A stretch of DNA of 64,000 bases from an uncultured Verrucomicrobiota bacterium (GTDB lineage Bacteria; Verrucomicrobiota; Verrucomicrobiia; Limisphaerales; JAEYXS01), in assembly GCA_964589735.1 (NCBI GenBank), contig CAZPUL010000002.1, forward strand, positions 8,176-72,175. Reading direction: 5' to 3'. The number at the start of each line of letters is the position of its first letter. The stretch's first letter is position 1. A program made the translations under genes and the position numbers. Of this stretch, positions 9,337 through 19,004 are shown in pieces. The notes beneath the pieces were generated by a model that was not told the DNA's origin, searched no databases, and saw only the letters and a list, made by a program, of their open reading frames with translations.

Positions 9337-10728
9337 ATGACACGCACGACCATTATCAATGTCGTGGGGCTGACGGAAGGTTTGCTGGGGCCGCATACGC
9401 CCAAGCTGAATGCCTTTCGCCAGCGGCATGTGTTACGTCATGTCATCCCGGCGTTCCCGGCCGTGACTTGTACGGCGCAGACGGATTACGTCACCGGCAA
9501 GACGCCGCATGAGCATGGCATCGTGGCGAATGGCTGGTACAGCCGCGAACTCGCCGAGGTCCAGTTCTGGAAGCAGTCCAACCACGTAGTGCAAGCCGCC
9601 AAGCTCTGGGATCATCTGCGCTCGGAGGTGCCCGGCTTCACCTGCGCGAAACTTTTCTGGTGGTATAACATGTATGCGAGCGTGGATTACTCCATCACGC
9701 CGCGCCCCATGTATCCCGCCGATGGCCGCAAGTTCTTCGACATCTACACCTGGCCTTATTCCATCCGCACGGAAATCAAGCAGGAGCTGGGGGAATTTCC
9801 TTTCGCGGGCTTCTGGGGGCCTGCCGCCGGTCTCGATTCACCGCAAGGCAAGGCCGATTGTGTCTCCCGCTGGATCGCTGAATCCGCCAAATGGACGGAG
9901 AAGAAGTATCAGCCTACGCTTAGTCTCGTTTACTTGCCGCATCTGGATTATAATCTTCAGCGCTTCGGCCCGAATGATCCACGCATCGCCCGCGACCTGA
10001 TGGAGATCGATGCCATTGTCGGCGATCTCCTTGCGTTCTACGAAGCCCGCCAGATCCGGCCTTTGATCGTTTCCGAGTATGGCATCACACCGGTGAGCAA
10101 GGCCATCCATCTCAACCGGCTGTTCCGCCAGCAGGGCTGGCTTACGGTGAAAGAGGAGCTGGGCCTAGAACTGCTTGATGCCGGTGCGAGCAAAGTCTTC
10201 GCCGTGGTCGACCATCAGGTCGCGCACATCTATGTGAATGACCATTCGCTTTTAAGCGCTGTGCGGACCTTGCTGGAAAAACAGGAGGGCATCGCCCATG
10301 TGCTGGATGAAGCGGGCAAGATCGCACAGGGCATCAACCATCCGCGCGCAGGCAACCTCGTCGCCGTGTCGGCTGAAGATGCATGGTTCACTTATTATTA
10401 CTGGCTGGACGACGCGAAAGCACCGGACTTTGCCCGCACGGTGGACATCCATCGCAAGCCCGGCTATGACCCGGTCGAACTGTTCCTCGATCCGCAAATC
10501 CCGGCGGCAAAGCTCAAGATCCTTTGGCGGCTCCTGCAAAAGAAACTCGGCTTCCGCATGCTGATGGATGTCATTCCGCTGGACGCCAGCCTGGTGAAAG
10601 GCTCGCACGGTTGCCGGCCGAAATCGAAAAAGGACTGGCCGGTGGTGATGGGGGCGACGACCACGACGGAGGAGGATTTGCCTTCCTCCGGCGTCTATGA
10701 GCTTATCCACAAATCCATCTTGAGCTAA
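9337..10728 (+). CDS. Alkaline phosphatase / nucleotide pyrophosphatase family protein (EboF-like)
   Basis: NVVGLTEGLLGPHTPKLN...FPAVTCTAQTDYVTGKTPHEHGIVANGWYSRELAEVQFWKQSN. Confidence 0.75.
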   Translation: MTRTTIINVVGLTEGLLGPHTPKLNAFRQRHVLRHVIPAFPAVTCTAQTDYVTGKTPHEHGIVANGWYSRELAEVQFWKQSNHVVQAAKLWDHLRSEVPGFTCAKLFWWYNMYASVDYSITPRPMYPADGRKFFDIYTWPYSIRTEIKQELGEFPFAGFWGPAAGLDSPQGKADCVSRWIAESAKWTEKKYQPTLSLVYLPHLDYNLQRFGPNDPRIARDLMEIDAIVGDLLAFYEARQIRPLIVSEYGITPVSKAIHLNRLFRQQGWLTVKEELGLELLDAGASKVFAVVDHQVAHIYVNDHSLLSAVRTLLEKQEGIAHVLDEAGKIAQGINHPRAGNLVAVSAEDAWFTYYYWLDDAKAPDFARTVDIHRKPGYDPVELFLDPQIPAAKLKILWRLLQKKLGFRMLMDVIPLDASLVKGSHGCRPKSKKDWPVVMGATTTTEEDLPSSGVYELIHKSILS

Positions 10729-10730
10729 AA

Positions 10731-10760
10731 AGAAAACGGCGGCCCTGAGGCCGCCGTTGC
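10731..10760 (-). terminator. Intrinsic terminator for the minus-strand SYLF gene
   Basis: AACGGCGGCC-TCAG-GGCCGCCGTT then TTCTTT on the minus strand. Confidence 0.75.
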
Positions 10761-10780
10761 ACAGTTATTAACTGCGGAGG

Positions 10781-11479
10781 TCATTCCTTCTTCGCCTTGG
10801 CGTGTTTCTCCAGTATCTCCGCCAGCGCCTTGGAAGTCTCCGTCGGTTCCACCTTCTTCTTGAAGAGGATCTCTTCCACGATGAGGTACTCGCCGTAATA
10901 ACGCATGTTATCCTTCTCGTTGGGGGAGACCGCGCCGCCCTTGATGGTGGCGCCACCGTAGAGACCTTTCGTATCCGAGTAGATGAGGACGGCCTGATCG
11001 TCTTCTCGGTACGTTTCACCTGCATCGGTGCTGGAATCACCTGCGGTGCCTTGCGCCTCGCCGCCAAATTCACCAGCGTGGTCGATCAAGGAACGCACGG
11101 CATTCGTGTTCATCAGCAGTATCACCATGAACGTCTGCTGCCCGCCCACCTGGAACCCGATGCTGCCTTCATTCGCATTATAGAAAGCGGGCGCACCCCA
11201 CTCTTTGGTCTTTTGATCGCGGACCATGGCCACACCGGCACCGCCCTGAAAGCCGAAGATGAAACCGGCCTTGGTGCGGTCCAGCAGTACGATGCCTTGG
11301 GCGTTCGACAGAATCTTGGCCGGGATGGCCTTGTCCGGCTTCGCCTGCATCGCCTCGAACTTCACCGTGAGCTTGCGGATACGGTCATCGAGTTCAGCTT
11401 TGCTCGCCGCCATGGCCGTGCTGGCCATCAAGCCGAAAACCGCCACACTCAGAATCAGCTTAGATAGGTTCGTTTTCAT
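10781..11479 (-). CDS. SYLF/YSC84 domain lipid-binding exported protein
   Basis: Signal peptide MKTNLSKLILSVAVFGLMASTAMA and IPAKILSNAQGIVLLDRTKAGFIFGFQGGAGVAM. Confidence 0.85.
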   Translation of the reverse strand: MKTNLSKLILSVAVFGLMASTAMAASKAELDDRIRKLTVKFEAMQAKPDKAIPAKILSNAQGIVLLDRTKAGFIFGFQGGAGVAMVRDQKTKEWGAPAFYNANEGSIGFQVGGQQTFMVILLMNTNAVRSLIDHAGEFGGEAQGTAGDSSTDAGETYREDDQAVLIYSDTKGLYGGATIKGGAVSPNEKDNMRYYGEYLIVEEILFKKKVEPTETSKALAEILEKHAKAKKE

Positions 11480-11700
11480 ACGACTACTAAGTGCAGTCAT
11501 TGTGCCAACCCATGGAGAATGCATGAATGGCTGTAACTAATTGATTTAGAAGGAGTTGGTGTAATTGTCAGATTTGTAAAAAGCCTGACTAGAAACGAAA
11601 GTGTCATGCATTTTGCACGAACAGGCAAATCGAAGGACTTTGGGAAAGACTACCCCTTGAAGGAATGGCAGTCGCTGAATCTGGACAACTGGCCAAACGA

Positions 11701-12810
11701 TCAAATCGTCAGCATTCGCTCCCGCCCGCGCACGAACCATTTCGTGACCGCCCGCCCGTTTTCAATCACCACCACGGAACCATGCAGCGCCACCGTGGGG
11801 CAGATGTGGCGCGGAATGCCGTAGAGGCAATCGCCCACGGCGAACTCATTTGCTGCCGCTGTCTCAATCACCAAGTGTTCTTCGCTCTGGCTGATGGCGT
11901 TTGCGTCGGGCAACTGCGGAAAGAACACGCGCGGATGCGGGTTCTCGGCGGCGACCGCCTTGTGCCCGAGGTCCAGGCAGAGCCGGTTATCGCCCGGCTT
12001 GCTGATCACGCGCGTGAGCAAAACCGCTGCGACTTGGAATTCCAGATCCTTGAAGCGATTGCCGTAACCGAAATCCCAGAACACATACGTGCCCGGACTG
12101 CACTCGCGATCGGGATGCTGCGCATGGATCGGAAAGCTCGGCGTGCCGCCTGCCACCAAGCGAGGTAACGGCAAACCTTCCGCCTGCAACTTGGCACGCA
12201 AGGCCAGCACGGGAGCCATGCCCTCATCGCAAGCCTTCGTCCGCTCCGTGAGGGCTTCGATGTGCATATGTCCGTCATATGCGTGCAGTCCATCCGCCAC
12301 GATTCCCGGTGAATTCGCGATGGCCCGATACAGCACGGCCGCCCCTTCATCGGCCGGAACGCCCGTGCGATGCATCCCGCAATCGATATCCAGTAACACC
12401 GGAATCTTCACCCCCGCTTGCACCGCTGCCGTCGAGAGTGCTTTCAATGCGCCCGCATCATCCACAATCGTGCGGAAGGTCGTCTGCGGAAAACGGCGGA
12501 TGAGTTCGATGAATCGCGCCACATTGGGGCCAACCGGCTGATAGGAGAGCAACACATCCTTCATCCCATTCGCAGCCGCTAGCTCTGCTTCCGCAATAGT
12601 CGCCGCTTTGCACTGCGTCACTCCGGCGGCGACGTGCATCTGCACCATTTCACCGAGCTTGTGCGTCTTGATATGCGGCCGCAACCGCGCCTGTCCACCA
12701 GTCATCGCCAGCACACGTTCCAGGTTTGCCTTGGAACGCGCGGGATAAACCAAGAGCGAGGGCGAAGGGATCTCCGCCACGTTCTCCACGATGAACCAGT
12801 CCGTGCTCAT
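11701..12810 (-). CDS. D-threonine aldolase-like (D-TA family) PLP-dependent enzyme
   Basis: RPHIKTHKLGEMVQMHVAAGVTQCKAATIAEAELAA and VLLDIDCGMHRTGV. Confidence 0.8.
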   Translation of the reverse strand: MSTDWFIVENVAEIPSPSLLVYPARSKANLERVLAMTGGQARLRPHIKTHKLGEMVQMHVAAGVTQCKAATIAEAELAAANGMKDVLLSYQPVGPNVARFIELIRRFPQTTFRTIVDDAGALKALSTAAVQAGVKIPVLLDIDCGMHRTGVPADEGAAVLYRAIANSPGIVADGLHAYDGHMHIEALTERTKACDEGMAPVLALRAKLQAEGLPLPRLVAGGTPSFPIHAQHPDRECSPGTYVFWDFGYGNRFKDLEFQVAAVLLTRVISKPGDNRLCLDLGHKAVAAENPHPRVFFPQLPDANAISQSEEHLVIETAAANEFAVGDCLYGIPRHICPTVALHGSVVVIENGRAVTKWFVRGRERMLTI

Positions 12811-12812
12811 GC

Positions 12813-13277
12813 TTAATTGTGCAGTTCGAAAATGACCTCGATCTCCACCGCGATATTTCCAGGCAGGGAGCCCATGCCCACCGCGCTGCGCGCACCGACG
12901 CCATCATCCGATCCCCAGATCTGCTCGTAGAGTTCGCTGTAGCCATTGATGACTTTCGGATGCTCGGCAAAGTCCGGCGTGGCATTCACCATGCCGAGCG
13001 TTTTGATGACCCGCTTGATGCGGTCGAGTGAGCCCAGTTCCGCCTTCAAGGTGGCGAGGATGGCGAGACCGGTCTGGCGTGCGGCCACTTGCCCGGCGGC
13101 GAGGTCGAGGTCCTGTCCCACTTTGCCGCGGATCATGGAGCCGTCACTGCACAGCGGCCCGTGACCGGAGACATATGCGAGATTGCCCGTGATGACCACC
13201 GGTTTATAGATGCCGCCGCGCTTGGGTGCAGGTGGCAGTTCCAGTTTCAGTTCTTGGATACGTTTTTCAGCGCTCAT
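12813..13277 (-). CDS. RidA family protein
   Basis: AYVSGHGPLCSDGSMIRGKVGQDLDLAAGQVAARQTGLAILATLKAELGSLDRIKRVIKTLGMVNATPDF; start at 13277 (MSAEKRIQELK). Confidence 0.8.
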   Translation of the reverse strand: MSAEKRIQELKLELPPAPKRGGIYKPVVITGNLAYVSGHGPLCSDGSMIRGKVGQDLDLAAGQVAARQTGLAILATLKAELGSLDRIKRVIKTLGMVNATPDFAEHPKVINGYSELYEQIWGSDDGVGARSAVGMGSLPGNIAVEIEVIFELHN

Positions 13278-13424
13278 GTGTGGATGATTCGATTGCACTT
13301 TTGATACGTGAAGAGCTGCGGGCAGGCAATGGATTATCCACGAAGGAGAAAAACAACCCATTTGAGAATTTCCCCAGTTGCAGCGATAGTGCGCCGGGTA
13401 CGGGCTGTGCTGGCTGTTGAATGC

Positions 13425-14399
13425 ATGAAGAACCTTAAGATCTTTTGTGACACCTTTCTGGGGGAAGCGCCCTTGAAAATGCTGCGTGAAGGGGTGGCCC
13501 CGCACGAACTCGTCTTCCCCGCGCAGATGGTGAATTCACCACTGGCCAAGTCCGGTCCTGATCCGGCCTTTGCCGAAGCGGACATCGCCTTCGGACAGCC
13601 TGACTTGGCGAACATCTACCAAGCCAAGCGCTTGAAATGGGCGCACATCTCCAGTGCCGGATTCACGCGCTACGACACAGCGGAGTTCCGGGCTTTCGTG
13701 GCCAAGCACGATATCGCCATCACGAACAGTACCACTGTTTACGCGGAAGCCTGTGCCGAACATGTGTTCGCGTTCATGCTCGCGCAGGCGCGTCATTTGC
13801 CGGAATCCTTGCAAGCCCGGTATGCGAACGGCACGGCTGACTGGCTGCGCTTGCGTCATTCTTCACCGCTCCTGAAACATCAAAGGGTCGTCATCCTTGG
13901 CTTCGGGGGCATCGCGATCCGGTTGCTCGAGATGTTGCGGCCGTTTCACATGGACGTCGTCGCCTATCGTCGCAAAGCGCGTGGTGATGAAGGCATCCCG
14001 GTCATCACGGCGCGTGAATTACCCGATGCCCTGGCCCAGGCGGATCACGTGATCAACATCCTGCCGGCGAATGCTGATTCGGAAAATTTCGTGGCGGCGG
14101 AACGCTTGCGGCAAATGAAGCCGGGCGCGGTGTTTTACAACATCGGGCGCGGCACCACGGTGAATCAAGAAGACCTGGCGGCGGCCTTGCGCTCCGGGCA
14201 CTTGGGGGCGGCGTGGCTGGATGTCACCGAGCCGGAGCCTTTGCCGCTGGGGCATCCGCTGTTAAGTCTGCCGAATTGCTACATCACGCCGCATGTCGCG
14301 GGCGGACATCAGGGGGAAGCGGAGACGATTGTGGGTCACTTCCTGGAAAACTTCCGTCGGTTCGTGGACGAAGCCCCACTGCTGGACCGCATCATGTAG
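13425..14399 (+). CDS. D-isomer specific 2-hydroxyacid dehydrogenase
   Basis: VVILGFGGIAIRLLEMLRPFHMDVVAYRR, FYNIGRGTTVNQEDLAAAL and NCYITPHVAGG; MKNLKIFCDTF start favoured. Confidence 0.8.
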   Translation: MKNLKIFCDTFLGEAPLKMLREGVAPHELVFPAQMVNSPLAKSGPDPAFAEADIAFGQPDLANIYQAKRLKWAHISSAGFTRYDTAEFRAFVAKHDIAITNSTTVYAEACAEHVFAFMLAQARHLPESLQARYANGTADWLRLRHSSPLLKHQRVVILGFGGIAIRLLEMLRPFHMDVVAYRRKARGDEGIPVITARELPDALAQADHVINILPANADSENFVAAERLRQMKPGAVFYNIGRGTTVNQEDLAAALRSGHLGAAWLDVTEPEPLPLGHPLLSLPNCYITPHVAGGHQGEAETIVGHFLENFRRFVDEAPLLDRIM

Positions 14400-14409
14400 C
14401 GGCGGCCGC

Positions 14410-15561
14410 TTACTTCTCCTTCAGCTCAAACGTCGCCACCATGCAGCGATGTTGCGAGCGCCGTCCCGGTTCTGCCTTGCAGGCGACGGGCTGCAATTGC
14501 TGGTTGGAGAAAACCTGGTCCAGCCGCAGCCAAGGGCCGAAGAGGGTGAGGGGATTGCGCGTGAAGCCGGGGAAGGTCAATCCGAAGCCGCGACCCGCTG
14601 CTTCAAACGCATCCGTGAACTGGTCGCGATAGCGGTGATAGATCTGGCCGTGATTGGGAACGTTGAAATCACCGGCGATGATGGTCGGAGCCGTTTCCTT
14701 CTTGGCCAGCTCCGCGATCTCGTCCGTCATTTTCCGCTGATGATCCCAAAAAGTTTTGGTCTGGCCGCGCAGCTTTTCGCCATAACCGCCGTTGCGCCCG
14801 AAGGCTGCGGCAAGGAAACCGCCCTTGCTCATCGGGTCCAAATGCTCGCGTGGAGAGGTGAAATGGACGCTGTAGATGACGAGGTCGCGGCCTTCCCAGT
14901 CCAGCACACAGCGCATGGCCACCGGGCGCTGGTTCAGGCCGCGTTGGGGTAGCAACTCGATGCTTTTGATAGGGAAGCGGGTGATGACCGTGAATTCGTT
15001 CACGGCCCGCACTTTCATTTCCGGATAGGCTTTAGCGTAAGCGCCTTCACGCCCGGCATCCTGGTAGATGACCACGTCCGGTTTCTCGCTGGCGACGAAT
15101 TCCGTGGGGCTTTGCTTGTTATCCTGGCCGCGATTGTTGGTGACGAGTTTGAAGCCGGGGCCTTTGGGCGCGCGCTGCCGGTTGAACTCCGGGTCCATGT
15201 AACCGAACAATACCAGCACCAGGCAGCCTGCATGCAGCAGACACCAGCGCGGCTGGATAAGCAGAGTCATGAATCCCAAAGCGAAGGCGGGCAGCAACCA
15301 CATCTGCGGCGGCACATAAAACGCAAAGCTGAGAAACCAGTGGGTCTCGGCCCGCCACTCCATAAGCGCCAGGATGACGACAAGGATCAGGGCATAAGCC
15401 AGATTCAAGGCCAGCAGCACGCGCCGGGTCCACTTCAAGAGCTTCTGGATGGTCCCGTTCGGGTTCCGCCAGTCCTTCAGCGCTTTGACCAGCCGTTCCA
15501 GCCCCGTGATCAGGGGCGGGTCATTGGCCGGTAGTGGCGTATTGGCGGCTGGCTGCGTCAT
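14410..15561 (-). CDS. Endonuclease/exonuclease/phosphatase superfamily protein with N-terminal membrane segments
   Basis: PTIIAGDFNVPNHGQIYHRYRDQFTDAFEAAG, YSVHFTSPREH and RLDQVFSN. Confidence 0.75.
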   Translation of the reverse strand: MTQPAANTPLPANDPPLITGLERLVKALKDWRNPNGTIQKLLKWTRRVLLALNLAYALILVVILALMEWRAETHWFLSFAFYVPPQMWLLPAFALGFMTLLIQPRWCLLHAGCLVLVLFGYMDPEFNRQRAPKGPGFKLVTNNRGQDNKQSPTEFVASEKPDVVIYQDAGREGAYAKAYPEMKVRAVNEFTVITRFPIKSIELLPQRGLNQRPVAMRCVLDWEGRDLVIYSVHFTSPREHLDPMSKGGFLAAAFGRNGGYGEKLRGQTKTFWDHQRKMTDEIAELAKKETAPTIIAGDFNVPNHGQIYHRYRDQFTDAFEAAGRGFGLTFPGFTRNPLTLFGPWLRLDQVFSNQQLQPVACKAEPGRRSQHRCMVATFELKEK

Positions 15562-15693
15562 CTGTCCCTTGTATTCTCAGGTTCGAGCTAGCAAGGACAA
15601 TGTTAAAAGCAGTCCTCAGCAGATGGCAGTCGGAGCTAAGGGAATAAGGTCGGCGTACGATAAGCTGCTAGGCACAACTGGTCTGCCAGTGAC

Positions 15694-16725
15694 CTATGTT
15701 CCGGTCTTGACCTTCAATTCTTCCAACTGCTTCTCCAGGTCGCGCATGCGGCGGATGATGTCCGGCAGTTGCTGGCTGGCGATGATCTGGCGCTTGGCAA
15801 TCTTGTCCGGCATAGCCGGGATGCCCAATACCTTGCCGCCGTCCGGGATGTCCCGCATCACACCGCTCTTGGCGCCGATGGTCGCCTGATTGCCGATGTT
15901 CAGATGGTCGGCGATGCCCGATTGCGCGGCGACCACACAGTAATCACCCATCTTCGTGCTGCCGGCGAACCCGACTTGTCCCGTGATGATGCAGTGTTTC
16001 CCGATGTTCACGTTGTGGGCCACGTGGACGAGGTTATCGATCTTGGTCCCCTGACCGATGACGGTGGAGCCCAGAGCGCCGCGGTCGATCGCCGTGTTCG
16101 CGCCGATCTCGACGTCGTCATGGATGATGACATTGCCGATCTGGAGGATCTTGCGATGACGGCCCTCATCCAGCACATAGCCGTAACCGTCAGAGCCGAT
16201 GACGGTGCCCGCGTGGATGGTGACGCGATTGCCCACCTGGCATTGCAGGTAGATGACCACATTCGGATAAAGCGTGGTGTCCTCGCCGACCTTGGCATCG
16301 CGGCCGATGTGATTGCCGCCCATGAGCACGGCGCGGGCACCGATCTTGGCACGGGCACCCACGGTGCAGTTCGGTCCGATGTGCGCAGCGGGGTCCACTT
16401 GCGCCGAGGCATCGATGACGGCACTGGGATGAACGCCTGGAGCGTATTGGTCGGGCGGGAAGAACAAAGGCAGCAAGCGCGCCACGGCGATGCGCGGATT
16501 CTTCACCCGGATGAGCGTTTTCTTCGTCGAGGCAAATCCTTCGGGCACCAAGATGGCCGCGGCCTGGCTAGCCTCAGCCACGGCGAAATAGGCTTCCTGA
16601 TCGGCAAAGGTCAGATCACCGGAGCGGGCCTGGTTGGCGGCGGCGAAACCGGTGATGGTCACCGCACCGTCGCCGAGGAGTTCACCCCGGACTTGTTCAG
16701 CGATCTGGGCGGCGGTAATGGGCAT
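15694..16725 (-). CDS. lpxD: UDP-3-O-(3-hydroxymyristoyl)glucosamine N-acyltransferase
   Basis: N-terminal ITAAQIAEQVRGELLGDGAVTITGFA, hexapeptide repeats, and NTAIDRGALGSTVIGQGTKIDNLVHVAHNVNIGKH. Confidence 0.92.
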   Translation of the reverse strand: MPITAAQIAEQVRGELLGDGAVTITGFAAANQARSGDLTFADQEAYFAVAEASQAAAILVPEGFASTKKTLIRVKNPRIAVARLLPLFFPPDQYAPGVHPSAVIDASAQVDPAAHIGPNCTVGARAKIGARAVLMGGNHIGRDAKVGEDTTLYPNVVIYLQCQVGNRVTIHAGTVIGSDGYGYVLDEGRHRKILQIGNVIIHDDVEIGANTAIDRGALGSTVIGQGTKIDNLVHVAHNVNIGKHCIITGQVGFAGSTKMGDYCVVAAQSGIADHLNIGNQATIGAKSGVMRDIPDGGKVLGIPAMPDKIAKRQIIASQQLPDIIRRMRDLEKQLEELKVKTGT

Positions 16726-16781
16726 GCGTTGGCAGGGTTGAAGTTCGTGTTTTGCCCCTCATGCCATTCACGAGGGGGCTC

Positions 16782-17756
16782 CTATTTCTCCGGCAAAGGG
16801 ACCATCTGCTGGGCTTCCACATCCCAGACTTTCAGGCGCAGGCAGCGGATGATATCCGCCGGGTGCAAAGAGGTGACCTTGGGCTTCTGCAATTCCGGCA
16901 TCTCCTTCAGCACTTCGGGCAGCCGATAGAAAGGGATCTTGGAGTTGAGATGGTGGATGTGGTGGTAGCCGATGTTCGCCGAGAACCAGGCCATCAGCGT
17001 ACCCGTCTTCATGAAGCTGGAGGATTCCAGCGCGGCGGTCTCGTAGGTCCAGCCGGCGTTGTCGCGGAAGGTCACTCCGGGGAAATTATGCTGGGCGTAG
17101 AACAGGTAGCTGCCGATGCAACAGGCGATGCCGAACGGGATGATGATGGTCAGGACCACCGCCAGCCAGCCGCCGAGCAGGGCGACCACGGCGATCAAAG
17201 TGATGTGCAACACCAGCGAGATGAGGCAGTCGAAATGTTCACGCGGATTGTTGTAGAAGGGATAGATGCTCATGCCGATGAGGAACATGAACAGGTAACC
17301 GCACAGGATCGTGAGCGGATGCCGCATGAAGAGGTACTTCGCGCGCTTGGCCTTGGAACATTTCAGGAAATGCTCCTTGGTCATGATGGGGAAGGAGCCG
17401 ATGTGCGAGCCCTTCAGCTTGGAGTTGTGATTGTGATGATGGTTGTGCGAACTCCGCCAGACACTGCTGGGGCTGAGGATGAAAATGCCGAAGATACGCA
17501 TCAACCCTTCCGCCAGCTTGGAATTCGGCAAAATGGCGTGGTGCTGCTGATCGTGATAGATGACGAAAAACCGGAGGATCAGCAACGCGCTCAGGATGCT
17601 GCAAACGACCCGGCCGATAAGACTGTGGTTCCAGAGGGTCCCCGCCATGAAACCGACCAGCAAAATGCCCGTGGAAAGGATATACCACCAGCTTTTCGCC
17701 GGATCGTCGGTGGTGTATGGCTTGGTGGCCAATATTAAATCTTTACCAGTACGCAT
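16782..17756 (-). CDS. Fatty acid desaturase family membrane protein
   Basis: Histidine-box signatures (HHNHHNHNSK; YHIHHLNSKIPFYRL); start at 17756 (MRTGKDLILATK). Confidence 0.8.
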   Translation of the reverse strand: MRTGKDLILATKPYTTDDPAKSWWYILSTGILLVGFMAGTLWNHSLIGRVVCSILSALLILRFFVIYHDQQHHAILPNSKLAEGLMRIFGIFILSPSSVWRSSHNHHHNHNSKLKGSHIGSFPIMTKEHFLKCSKAKRAKYLFMRHPLTILCGYLFMFLIGMSIYPFYNNPREHFDCLISLVLHITLIAVVALLGGWLAVVLTIIIPFGIACCIGSYLFYAQHNFPGVTFRDNAGWTYETAALESSSFMKTGTLMAWFSANIGYHHIHHLNSKIPFYRLPEVLKEMPELQKPKVTSLHPADIIRCLRLKVWDVEAQQMVPLPEK

Positions 17757-17884
17757 GTGTCTTAAGCTCGCGCATGGTCGTCTAAAAAACACCTGATGTC
17801 CATTCCTGACTTTGCCGATATTGCTGCACTTTTGCTTAAAAATAACATTAGCCGGAGTGTTGTTGCCTGCGCGGAAGGGGGAAT

Positions 17885-18058
17885 TCAAGCCAAGGCGGCC
17901 TGCAAAGAACGCAGTTCTTCCGCGACTTGCGCCGGATCGGCGTCAGTCCCCGCGCCCTGAGCCATCAGGCAGGCGGGACACAGGCCAGCCAAGGCCCCGG
18001 CTGGGAGGGGCTTGCCGCAAGTCGGGCAGGTATTCGCTTCGCTCACTGAGGTTTTCAT
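17885..18058 (-). CDS. 57-aa zinc-ribbon mini-protein resembling the N-terminus of Ser/Thr kinases
   Basis: Translation by eye: MKTSVSEANTCPTCGKPLPAGALAGLCPACLMAQGAGTDADPAQVAEELRSLQAALA*. Two CxxC pairs. Below the length cutoff of the supplied ORF track. Confidence 0.45.
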   Translation of the reverse strand: MKTSVSEANTCPTCGKPLPAGALAGLCPACLMAQGAGTDADPAQVAEELRSLQAALA

Positions 18059-18120
18059 ACGAAATTAATCGTTCTCTGAATACCTCAGAAGCGTTTTCTG
18101 GAAGTTGTTACAGAATAAAT

Positions 18121-18852
18121 TTACTCAGGCGAAACAGCCTGTCGGACGTGCTCGCCCAACGGTGTCTCTGGTGCGTCCGATTCCGGAGTCTCGAGCTTGA
18201 ATATCTCCCGGCCCAAGCCGTCCGTACCGATGCTGGCTGACATGGTCCGGCTTACGGCGGGCTTGAATTCCCCACGGATCCGGACTTCTCGGAAGTGCAG
18301 GATGGAGTCGATATGGCGTGCCTGGTGAGCGGGATAGGACAGCGCGGCAAAAGGATACTCCTGATCATCCGAGGCCGTCCATTTGCCTTGATCGGTGAAA
18401 CCGAAGCGCCGGTAAAAAGTCAGGGAGGCGGGCAGGGCGAAGATCAGGAGATGGATCATAGTATCGGGTTTGCCGATTCCGGTCCGGCCTACGCGCAGCA
18501 GGGTCATGGTGGTGCCGATGCGGTGCTTTTGATAGTCGGGATGCACCAGACCATAGCAGAGCGTGTAGATATTCTTCCCCAACTGAGTCAGTCCGGAGCA
18601 GCCGATGAGCTTGTCACGGAACTCAGCCACCAGCATGCCGTTCTGTGGTTGCTTAAGGTGTGCCGCAAAGGCTTGCTCATCGCCCTCGGGAAAACGTCCG
18701 GCGGCATTCAGCCGGTAGAGGCTCATCAAACGGAGAAAATCCCGGTCCTCGTAAGCGCGGAACTGGACGGGCAAAAGCAACGGTGGATTCAGCTCCCGAT
18801 CCAGGTCGGTGTAGGCGAATTTGCGACGGACCCATGTAAGCAATGCGCGCAC
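18121..18852 (-). CDS. GNAT family N-acetyltransferase
   Basis: CYGLVHPDYQKHRIGTTMTLLRVGRTG and the overall GNAT-like pattern. Confidence 0.65.
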   Translation of the reverse strand: MRALLTWVRRKFAYTDLDRELNPPLLLPVQFRAYEDRDFLRLMSLYRLNAAGRFPEGDEQAFAAHLKQPQNGMLVAEFRDKLIGCSGLTQLGKNIYTLCYGLVHPDYQKHRIGTTMTLLRVGRTGIGKPDTMIHLLIFALPASLTFYRRFGFTDQGKWTASDDQEYPFAALSYPAHQARHIDSILHFREVRIRGEFKPAVSRTMSASIGTDGLGREIFKLETPESDAPETPLGEHVRQAVSPE

Positions 18853-19004
18853 GGTGAAATGACCTTCACCTCAACGGTACTCCTGGGTCCGCAACTGTCT
18901 AATGAAATCTTAGACGGACAAACCGTTGTCGGATGAATAAGACCGCGGATTTTTATAGTGTTCCCTTGAGCAAAAGAAGGCGCATGCAAAACTTTGGCTC
19001 CCGT

